A DNA stretch of 28,182 bases from a virus (lineage: Duplodnaviria; Caudoviricetes), in IMG/VR virus record IMGVR_UViG_3300028393_000277, positions 1 to 28,182 of that record; one strand, written 5' to 3'. A program made the position numbers and the translations under genes. Positions 1 to 7,046 of this stretch are shown one piece after another (the first letter of the stretch is position 1; every line of letters starts with the position of its first letter). The notes beneath the pieces are model-generated. The model made no database searches and had not been told where the DNA came from. It was given only the letters and a program-made list of their open reading frames with translations.

Positions 1-1
1 A

Positions 2-223
2 ACAGAACATTTTACCAGTAGAGAATGGTATGATCATATACCTGCAGGAACGCTGTGTTTGTTTCAAGGTAATGATCTAGTTATTGATGATCACGTACAA
101 CGTCCGGAAAGTTTAGAGCATTTTAAATCTCTTTGGCCGCTTAAAGAACTGTTTAGTGGTTCTTTACACTTTAATTTTAAAGATGCTCCCTACACTAGAC
201 ACATGACAATTGGTTACAAATAA
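2..223 (+). CDS. 5'-truncated ORF, C-terminal part of a probable class I SAM-dependent methyltransferase-like phage protein
   Basis: Not in the ORF track. Frame from base 2 is open: TEHFTSREWYDHIPAGTLCLFQGNDLVIDDHVQRPESLEHFKSLWPLKELFSGSLHFNFKDAPYTRHMTIGYK, stop TAA 221-223 overlapping the next ATG (TAATG). The EH..W...IP.G....QxN...DH...YTRxMxIG.K pattern resembles the C-terminus of a methyltransferase-like family I recall from large phages; function is inferred. Confidence 0.55.
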   Translation, partial: TEHFTSREWYDHIPAGTLCLFQGNDLVIDDHVQRPESLEHFKSLWPLKELFSGSLHFNFKDAPYTRHMTIGYK

Positions 224-501
224 TGGCATTGAAAAACGGCAAACCTAATGCACTTAATGCATTAGATTTAAGAAAAGTAGTATTTCCAGCAAAACATTTT
301 CATTATACTCTATTAGAAAAATATACTCCTACATATCATAAAACAATAGATACGTGGATTTATCAAAATCTCAATAGCAGATATTATGTGGGACAAGCAG
401 TTGATCTAATAGACAACACTATTGTCTATGTTACAAAGATTGGTTTTGAGCAAGAAAAAGAACTTAGTTTTTTCAAACTTGCCTGCCCACATTTAACCTA
501 A
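223..501 (+). CDS. hypothetical phage protein (92 aa)
   Basis: ORF track; start overlaps the upstream stop (TAATG); no recognisable catalytic motif. Confidence 0.8.
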   Translation: MALKNGKPNALNALDLRKVVFPAKHFHYTLLEKYTPTYHKTIDTWIYQNLNSRYYVGQAVDLIDNTIVYVTKIGFEQEKELSFFKLACPHLT

Positions 502-520
502 CTACTAATTAATAAGCATA

Positions 521-540
521 TATAATTTATACAAGGAGGT
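521..540 (+). promoter_or_regulatory. TATAAT -10-like hexamer (521-526) and strong Shine-Dalgarno AAGGAGGT (533-540) before the 73-aa gene
   Basis: Seen in the 43-bp intergenic gap. There is no good -35 box at 17 bp spacing, so the RBS is solid but the promoter is uncertain. Confidence 0.5.
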
Positions 541-544
541 CACT

Positions 545-766
545 ATGACTGAAGAAACAAAAGTAGAACAACCAGCCGAGGCTGCGGCAACTCAAGAATC
601 AAATGATTTAACTATCAACGATCTTAATGCGATGCGAACTATCATTGATATTGCTAGTTCACGTGGGGCATTTAAACCTAATGAAATGGTAGCTGTTGGT
701 CAAACTTATAACAAATTATCTGCATTCTTAGACACTGTAGCAAAAACAGCTAAACCAGGAGTTTAA
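545..766 (+). CDS. hypothetical phage protein (73 aa), acidic N-terminal tail plus helical core with an SRGAFKxxE motif
   Basis: ORF track; excellent RBS AAGGAGGT 4 nt upstream of the ATG. Confidence 0.85.
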   Translation: MTEETKVEQPAEAAATQESNDLTINDLNAMRTIIDIASSRGAFKPNEMVAVGQTYNKLSAFLDTVAKTAKPGV

Positions 767-767
767 T

Positions 768-1421
768 ATGCAAACCTTAAAACATGTAGGTCGTATTAAG
801 TCAACAGGACGCAGATGCCTAGTAGTGTTTAGAACACTGCCTGGAGATGCATTTAGCTGTCTAATTATTCAAACAGAAAGCCTTGATGCAAGTCAACATG
901 ATTCTCTTATTAATTTAGTTGAGTCAAACGCTGCCCAGTCAGCAAACGAGTTTAGTGAAGTGTTAGCTAGGGCAGTTTTTGGAGACGGCAGTACTATGTT
1001 GCCTAGTCTACATGCAAGGGGATTGTTATTTAAGTTTCCTACTGATCAAATTGAAATGGTTCCTAATACTCAGGCTGTTATTTTACTATCAGAATTAAAT
1101 CAAATAATTGCACAACAAGCAGGTGTTAGTGTACAAGATCTTGCTATTCGACCATCTGCTAAAGAAAATGTTGAAGTACAAGAACTAGCAAAAGTAAAAG
1201 ACATTAGTCCTACTACAGGTAACACTGAACCGCTAATGGATCAATATGATGCTGGAAGAACTACATCGGCTAGTGTAAATGAAGATGGCATCTTAACTGA
1301 TGATATGCTGGCTAAAAAATATCGCAGCGATGCGGACCGACTAAGCAAGGAAGCTGCTCAACTTCGCCGTATGGCTGAAGAATTAGTACCCGCTAAGAAA
1401 AAAGCCGCTATTAACGAGTGA
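768..1421 (+). CDS. hypothetical phage protein (217 aa), globular N-terminus and C-terminal charged helix
   Basis: ORF track; AGGAG just upstream; stop overlaps the next start (GTGA). Confidence 0.85.
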   Translation: MQTLKHVGRIKSTGRRCLVVFRTLPGDAFSCLIIQTESLDASQHDSLINLVESNAAQSANEFSEVLARAVFGDGSTMLPSLHARGLLFKFPTDQIEMVPNTQAVILLSELNQIIAQQAGVSVQDLAIRPSAKENVEVQELAKVKDISPTTGNTEPLMDQYDAGRTTSASVNEDGILTDDMLAKKYRSDADRLSKEAAQLRRMAEELVPAKKKAAINE

Positions 1422-1738
1422 CTAACGGAAAACCATTTCCTAAAGATGTAGTCGAACATTGGCCCGAGGTATTTGGAGAGATTACCCTAAACGTAGTACC
1501 TCTTAAATATCTCGACTCAGTTACAGTTACATTTAAAAATAAAAAAGTTTGGGAAATTAAAATAGCCAGCCAGCAGGCGCAATCCGACTGGGATTCGTTT
1601 GAAGCAAATCTTAAAGAGATGCTTGCTTCATACGAAAGTGAAATAGAAAATGTAGATTTTAAACTCGATACTGAGAGAGTTAAAAAAGACATGATTAAGA
1701 ATACAAATAAATTTTTAAAGAAAAGAAAATTAAAATGA
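1418..1738 (+). CDS. hypothetical phage protein (106 aa)
   Basis: ORF track; GTG start coupled to the upstream stop, and its own stop is coupled to the thyX start (ATGA). Confidence 0.8.
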   Translation: MTNGKPFPKDVVEHWPEVFGEITLNVVPLKYLDSVTVTFKNKKVWEIKIASQQAQSDWDSFEANLKEMLASYESEIENVDFKLDTERVKKDMIKNTNKFLKKRKLK

Positions 1739-2409
1739 ATGTTAAATTGATTAGCTATAGTCAACCCACACAAGAATTTGCAGAGTTAGGTGTTGATAAC
1801 GCACAAGAATTAATTGCATATTGTGCCCGTGTTAGCAATCCTGCTAATCAACTCAATACAGAAACAAGCGAAAAACTCATCAAATATTTGGTCAAGCACC
1901 AACATTGGTCACCACTTGAAATGGTAAGTGCTTGCATTGAAATCACAACTACCAGAGATATTGCCCGTCAAATCTTGCGACACAGAAGTTTTAGTTTCCA
2001 AGAATTTAGCCAACGTTATGCTGATCCTACAAAGGATCTAGACTTTGTAACTCGTGAAGCTAGATTACAAGATCCTAAAAATAGACAAAATAGTGTTGCT
2101 ACTGAAGATGAACAACTTCAAGCAGAATGGGAATTAATCCAACAGGCTGTTATCGGTGCTGCCAAAGAAGCATACGGATGGGCTATTGAAAATGGCATTG
2201 CTAAAGAACAAGCTCGTGCAGTATTGCCAGAAGGCCTCACAGAAAGTCGTTTATATATGAATGGAACACTGCGTAGTTGGATTCACTTTATTGAATTACG
2301 TAGTGCTAATGGTACACAGAAAGAGCACCAAGAAGTAGCAATTGCCTGTGCAAAAGCAATTGCAGCCATCTTTCCGATGGCTACTGATCTAGTTACTCAG
2401 GGCGCATAG
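1735..2409 (+). CDS. thyX: FAD-dependent thymidylate synthase ThyX
   Basis: Canonical ThyX motif RHRx7SxR (RHRSFSFQEFSQRY), plus HWSPLE, AKEQARAVLP, LRSWIHFIELR and QKEH segments. Confidence 0.97.
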   Translation: MNVKLISYSQPTQEFAELGVDNAQELIAYCARVSNPANQLNTETSEKLIKYLVKHQHWSPLEMVSACIEITTTRDIARQILRHRSFSFQEFSQRYADPTKDLDFVTREARLQDPKNRQNSVATEDEQLQAEWELIQQAVIGAAKEAYGWAIENGIAKEQARAVLPEGLTESRLYMNGTLRSWIHFIELRSANGTQKEHQEVAIACAKAIAAIFPMATDLVTQGA

Positions 2410-3469
2410 GCAACTTAACATTAAGTTTAAATTGTTCGTACAACCAGGACCAGTCATTAATTTTAATTAATGCGTCCTGGTTATTTTTATTCTCAATTCC
2501 ATACTGCATACCTAACGCGGCACCAGGTATTACATATTCTCCAAACCGTCTATCTAATCCTTTAGTGGTCCAAGCAGATAAACGTTTGACGTTTTCTTCT
2601 TGATCACTTCGTGCAATAGTATTACTGGCTAACTTAGCTGCTTCACGGAATCCACTGCGCCAGGCATTCCAGGGACTAGATGCAAATCTATTAACGCTTG
2701 CAACTTTAGGCACTATGGTGAGTTTATTACCAAGACTAGTAGTAATGTCAACCCCGTCTTTTGTTATGTCAAATAACATTTTAGGTAACAGTTTAATAGC
2801 ACCGTTGCCGTACTCTAGATCGTTTATTTCATTACGACTGTGCCAAATATGTACAAGATCAAATGCATAATCTTCTACGTAATAATCAAAGTCGAATGTA
2901 TCCAACACTTCATTATCCCCATCAACTACCCAAAAATAATCAGTGGTAGATTGTTCGGCGCAGGCTTTGTGACTAAGGTATATGTTAGATTCTCCAAAGA
3001 CTCGTTTTGCCTGTGGAAATCGATTGCTTAATATTTGCCAGTTATCCCAGCTGTTAGGTTCGTTGTAAGATAGAAAAAATATATCATATATAGTATCTGC
3101 TTGAACAATATAAGTGTTTATATATTTTAAATCAGAGAAAAATTCTTGACTATCATCTACATCTATATAATGATTTTTTGGAATAAGATAACACTGAAAT
3201 TTATCAGCATACTTTTGGAATAATTTAAACACATGTACAAATTCGCCATCCCATTTCTTAGGCTCAAACTCTATCATTGTGTCTAAAAATTCATAACTTG
3301 AATCTATAAACCAAAAGAATTTAGTAAGAACATTTTTCTTAGCCAAGTTAGCAGTATTAGTTAGTGTGTTGTCAAACTCTACAAATTTAGCGTGAGGATA
3401 TTTTTCTGTTAAAAACGTTTGACGCTCTTCAGGTAGAGGTTTAGAATTGTAAAATACTATATCGTACAT
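2393..3469 (-). CDS. putative GT-A-fold glycosyltransferase with a degenerate N-terminal duplicate domain (358 aa)
   Basis: C-terminal domain has YDIFFLSYNEPN, HKACA..S.TDYFWVVDGDN (DxD after a hydrophobic strand), YGNGAIKL and AWRSGFRE; clear paralog of 3469..4380. Confidence 0.65.
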   Translation of the reverse strand: MYDIVFYNSKPLPEERQTFLTEKYPHAKFVEFDNTLTNTANLAKKNVLTKFFWFIDSSYEFLDTMIEFEPKKWDGEFVHVFKLFQKYADKFQCYLIPKNHYIDVDDSQEFFSDLKYINTYIVQADTIYDIFFLSYNEPNSWDNWQILSNRFPQAKRVFGESNIYLSHKACAEQSTTDYFWVVDGDNEVLDTFDFDYYVEDYAFDLVHIWHSRNEINDLEYGNGAIKLLPKMLFDITKDGVDITTSLGNKLTIVPKVASVNRFASSPWNAWRSGFREAAKLASNTIARSDQEENVKRLSAWTTKGLDRRFGEYVIPGAALGMQYGIENKNNQDALIKINDWSWLYEQFKLNVKLPMRPE

Positions 3470-4380
3470 TATTCTTTATCCAGAAATCCACTACCTTTAC
3501 GATATTGGTTAAGGTGCACTGATTTAAAAAATTTACTAGCATCTGCATCTAATGTTGCTATCTCAAGATCGAGTGCGTTTTTTAAGCTAACACCATAGGT
3601 CTTAATAGAGTCTTCAACGTTCAAATGCTCCACGTCATTGTGCCAGAGACTAGTAAGGTAATCAAAATCTCTAACCTGTACATAGTCCCAATCAGTGCAG
3701 TTGGTCATGTAGCATCCGTGGCGGGCTCCTAAAATAGCCCATAGTCCGTTTGTTGAGTCAGCTCCAACATTCAGCCAAACTCGCAAACGATCTAAGTTCT
3801 TCCAATGAATTTCTTTCTTAAATTCTTTGTTGGCTGTTTTAACTCCGCGCTCTAGTGACATTTTTACACCTTCACGAAATCCAGCTCTCCATGCTTGAAA
3901 CGGACTTGCATTATTATACACATCACTAAAGCAACTATTCATCTGTATGTACTCTGCATCCCAGCAGAAGTCTACTTGTGCATTAGGATCATCAGCGGGT
4001 GCGTTTTCGTGCGTTTTCATGTCTAATACGTACTGCTTAGGCCATAACTTTAATCCGCCATTACCGTACATAAGTCCGTTGACTACATTGTATCCTGCCC
4101 AGCTAATAACACACTTTGATAAATCTTTATGTTCATCAAAATCAATTTCTTGATTTAGGAAATCTTCTCGTACTGTATTGTCACCATCTACTGTAACAAA
4201 TCGATCGGTATCACTTAATCGAGCGCAGGCTTTATGTGCTTCATCACTACCTTTAACTCCGTGTACACGTTTTGCCCAAGGCACTTTTTTTAACAGATCT
4301 GCATAATTTTTTTCAGCGTTCGGTTCATCGTAGCTGAGATAGATAATATCGTAATCTAAAATTTTAACTGTTTGTGTCAT
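3469..4380 (-). CDS. putative GT-A-fold (GT2-like) glycosyltransferase (303 aa)
   Basis: YDIIYLSYDEPN, HKACARLSDTDRFVTVDGDN (DxD), YGNGGLKLWPK, AWRAGFREGVK; layout matches nucleotide-diphospho-sugar transferases. Confidence 0.7.
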   Translation of the reverse strand: MTQTVKILDYDIIYLSYDEPNAEKNYADLLKKVPWAKRVHGVKGSDEAHKACARLSDTDRFVTVDGDNTVREDFLNQEIDFDEHKDLSKCVISWAGYNVVNGLMYGNGGLKLWPKQYVLDMKTHENAPADDPNAQVDFCWDAEYIQMNSCFSDVYNNASPFQAWRAGFREGVKMSLERGVKTANKEFKKEIHWKNLDRLRVWLNVGADSTNGLWAILGARHGCYMTNCTDWDYVQVRDFDYLTSLWHNDVEHLNVEDSIKTYGVSLKNALDLEIATLDADASKFFKSVHLNQYRKGSGFLDKE

Positions 4381-4994
4381 GGTATTATATAATGTCCAAC
4401 TGATGAGAAGAATTGTTTAACATACACTACTGTATTATTGATATCACCTTCTTTGTCAGAATGGTAATACACAATTTCTCTATCTTTTTTAATTAATTCA
4501 TTTATTGAAATTTTAATAGTTCTATAGATAAAATTCATGTTACGTTTGTCGATTACATAAATCTCAAGTGTAGTATTAAGGTTATATTTTTTTAATATTT
4601 CTCGTTGATCGTTACGTATTTGAAATCCCCATTTTTTAAATGTAGGATAATTTTCAATAGTAAACATACTGTCCCAGTTTGTTACTAACGGTGCTTGAGT
4701 TAAAAATACTGCTGTAATATCATCTTCGTACTTAGAAACAATTCTTGGTGTATTTTGGTCAATAAACGTAATTTGAAAATCTTTAAATTGGCTAACACCA
4801 TTCAAAAAGTCTTTAACAATATCAAACTCAAATTCTACAAAATAGTCATACTGAGTACTGGCTTCATTTGTAACACTTAAAATATCTCCGGTATCTTTAT
4901 CAAAGTACACTCGATAAGGTAATACTACAGTACTCAATGCTAACGACTTAGCTATTAGCTCGTAGGGTATAACGTCTTCTTCTGGATTATACAT
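4377..4994 (-). CDS. hypothetical protein within the glycosyltransferase cassette (205 aa)
   Basis: ORF track; overlaps both neighbours (8 and 4 nt); N-terminal YRVYFDKDTGDILSVTNE beta-hairpin-like segment. Confidence 0.8.
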   Translation of the reverse strand: MYNPEEDVIPYELIAKSLALSTVVLPYRVYFDKDTGDILSVTNEASTQYDYFVEFEFDIVKDFLNGVSQFKDFQITFIDQNTPRIVSKYEDDITAVFLTQAPLVTNWDSMFTIENYPTFKKWGFQIRNDQREILKKYNLNTTLEIYVIDKRNMNFIYRTIKISINELIKKDREIVYYHSDKEGDINNTVVYVKQFFSSVGHYIIP

Positions 4995-5811
4995 TTAATT
5001 TTTTAATAATTTCATCAGTAAGGAATGCATCCTCTACATAATGAAACACTCCTCGTTGTCTAAAATTATTTAGATATAATTCTCTAGAGTCTGTAAAATT
5101 TATCAATAGTTGGCTTAGACAAGATTGTGGAATTGGATCCCAACCTTGTAATGCTGGCTTTAGGTGTGTGAAAGTAAATGGGCTATGTTTATGTGTAACA
5201 ATATCGTCAATGCCCATTAACTTGGCAGCAATGGCCACTGAGACATCAAAGCTATAAAAGTTCTGCATGTTTTTAGGCGCAGCGTCATAGAAGACTTTAT
5301 TCCAATTATTAGTAATAAATTCTAGCAGTTTAAAAAAGTCCTCTGCAAGTTGAGATTTTTTAAAATAACACATTCCAGAATATAAGTTTGGTAAATCGTT
5401 AGCTACAAACATTTTTCTATATGTGTCGTCAACAACTATACGAGATTTATAATCTGTAACTGATGAAGTAAAACACAAATTTCGTTCGCTGGCAAATTTC
5501 CAAACATGTTCTATATTATCTAATACTAGCATATCTGCATCTAATACAATAGTTTCGTCGTACGGACTTGATCTGTACAGTTTCCATCTGTTTTCTACTT
5601 TCCATGCACTGTTTGCAGCCGAGTCTCCAAAGTAGATTGGAATAACTTTGTCAAATGCTTTAGAAAATCCTGCTGGCAACATATCATTAGTAATAATGCT
5701 AACATTATTAATAGTAGGCTGAGTCGCTTTAATGCTTAACGCTAGTGCATATGCTTGACGTACATAGTCAACATCACTATTCTGAGCAAGTACTAAAAAT
5801 CCTTTACTCAT
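4987..5811 (-). CDS. putative glycosyltransferase, GT8/GT71-like GT-A fold (274 aa)
   Basis: KGFLVLAQN..DY...AYALALSIK start, RWKLYRSSPYDETIVLDADMLVL (DxD), YSGMCYFKKS and a late His (FTHLK), all typical of glycogenin/GT8-like enzymes. Confidence 0.75.
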   Translation of the reverse strand: MSKGFLVLAQNSDVDYVRQAYALALSIKATQPTINNVSIITNDMLPAGFSKAFDKVIPIYFGDSAANSAWKVENRWKLYRSSPYDETIVLDADMLVLDNIEHVWKFASERNLCFTSSVTDYKSRIVVDDTYRKMFVANDLPNLYSGMCYFKKSQLAEDFFKLLEFITNNWNKVFYDAAPKNMQNFYSFDVSVAIAAKLMGIDDIVTHKHSPFTFTHLKPALQGWDPIPQSCLSQLLINFTDSRELYLNNFRQRGVFHYVEDAFLTDEIIKKLNV

Positions 5812-6643
5812 TTACTACTCCGTCAATACAACGAGTAAGACTATATTTGTTCATAACATGTACATCTAGATTGCTGGTCTTAACTGCTGTGTATTCTCCG
5901 TTAAAATTTTTCCTTTCAACTAAAAATGTTAATTTAGAATTGTCTATATCTAACAAAATATCTCTATCTAAAATGTAGTTCATTTTTCCGGGCAACGGCG
6001 TTGCAAAATCTTCACCCATCATATGTATAGCAATGCTGAACGCAAAGTCATTTCGAAATACTGTAGAGTCTATATTATACAACAATCTATAATAATTCCA
6101 ATTTAATTTAATGTTTTTAATTAGATCAAAGAACGCCCATGTAGCTGCGGTCTTTTTAAAATAAAATGCAGTGGCCCAATAGAACGGAATAGAATGTTGA
6201 TTTAAATATCTAAAACTGCGGTCATCGCGCCAGCTAGCTAGATCAAAACTATCTTTATATATTAAGAAATCGTTTTGATTATCCCATATATTCATTAATG
6301 TAGGGCTGCTAATAATGAAATCACTGTCAATAACTAGCGTCTCATCATAGGGAGACAAAAAACAACAATCAACACGTGATAAGTTTTTCCATGTTAACGT
6401 TTTTACAGCCAGCGATCCGTCATATAATTTTTTAGTCTGATGTGTTTCTGTCCATATTTCTATGATTTGATCAAACACTTGTTCGGCATCTGGCTGACTT
6501 TGTTTAAGCCAGCTTGCGCTATCTGTAACTAAACTAACAGGTACTCCTAGATATTCTTTTACTCGTTTGGCGGCAAACAAAGATATCTTTGCATAGTCAA
6601 TCTCTGCATTATTTTGCGCAAATATTAATACGCCACGTGTCAT
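5804..6643 (-). CDS. putative glycosyltransferase, GT8/GT71-like GT-A fold (279 aa), paralog of 4987..5811
   Basis: RGVLIFAQNN..IDY start, LSPYDETLVIDSDFII (DxD), YFKK, RNDFAFSIA and late HVMNK. Confidence 0.75.
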   Translation of the reverse strand: MTRGVLIFAQNNAEIDYAKISLFAAKRVKEYLGVPVSLVTDSASWLKQSQPDAEQVFDQIIEIWTETHQTKKLYDGSLAVKTLTWKNLSRVDCCFLSPYDETLVIDSDFIISSPTLMNIWDNQNDFLIYKDSFDLASWRDDRSFRYLNQHSIPFYWATAFYFKKTAATWAFFDLIKNIKLNWNYYRLLYNIDSTVFRNDFAFSIAIHMMGEDFATPLPGKMNYILDRDILLDIDNSKLTFLVERKNFNGEYTAVKTSNLDVHVMNKYSLTRCIDGVVNE

Positions 6644-6987
6644 AGGGCCATTAAATCGCCAACACGGCGTTTGGTTTTAATTTGATTGTACTTTACCAAA
6701 TAGTCGTTGGTTGCACTAAAGTAGATAGAAATAATCTCGTCTAAAAATAATTTTAAATCGGGGATTTCTACGGGAATGTTATTATCGTCAAGTACTACGG
6801 CTACTGTAGTTTCACGAGTAACAAGTGTGCCAATAAAGGTAATTAAGTTTCTATCAATTGTGAAACTTGCACCTTGAAAATAATAGATAAGACTTTGTTG
6901 AAATTCTTCAAGAATAACCTTACGTTGATTGCTCAACGTGGTCATATAATTGGCTGTTTGAAATGCTTTTTCTAATCGTTCGTCCAC
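6640..6987 (-). CDS. hypothetical protein (115 aa), possibly a tail-fibre-assembly-like (DUF4376-like) protein
   Basis: GTG start with GGAGGT RBS (6992-6997). The G..F.ID...I....VVLDDNNIPVEI.DL..F pattern loosely resembles DUF4376; that call is weak. Confidence 0.75.
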   Translation of the reverse strand: MDERLEKAFQTANYMTTLSNQRKVILEEFQQSLIYYFQGASFTIDRNLITFIGTLVTRETTVAVVLDDNNIPVEIPDLKLFLDEIISIYFSATNDYLVKYNQIKTKRRVGDLMAL

Positions 6988-7004
6988 AGTAACCTCCAGA
7001 GCTT

Positions 7005-7023
7005 TTACTATACAGTATAGTAA
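7005..7023. repeat. perfect 19-bp palindrome TTACTATAC-A-GTATAGTAA, operator-like
   Basis: The 9-bp arms at 7005-7013 and 7015-7023 are exact reverse complements; the palindrome covers the -10 box and part of the spacer. Confidence 0.85.
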
Positions 7024-7035
7024 TTAGCTTGTCAA
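7007..7035 (-). promoter_or_regulatory. sigma70-type promoter TTGACA-N17-TATAGT upstream of the glycosyltransferase cassette
   Basis: On the - strand: TTGACA (7035-7030), a 17-nt spacer, TATAGT (7012-7007), then the RBS and GTG at 6987. Confidence 0.75.
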
Positions 7036-7046
7036 GAAGTTTAGAG

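Noticed and set aside
1411-1773. 120-aa - strand ORF
   Set aside because: Antisense to the coupled 106-aa gene and the thyX start; it reads like a shadow ORF.
7005-7023. Palindrome as an intrinsic terminator
   Set aside because: AT-rich stem with a 1-nt centre and no U-tract after it on the coding (-) strand; it fits a DNA operator better.
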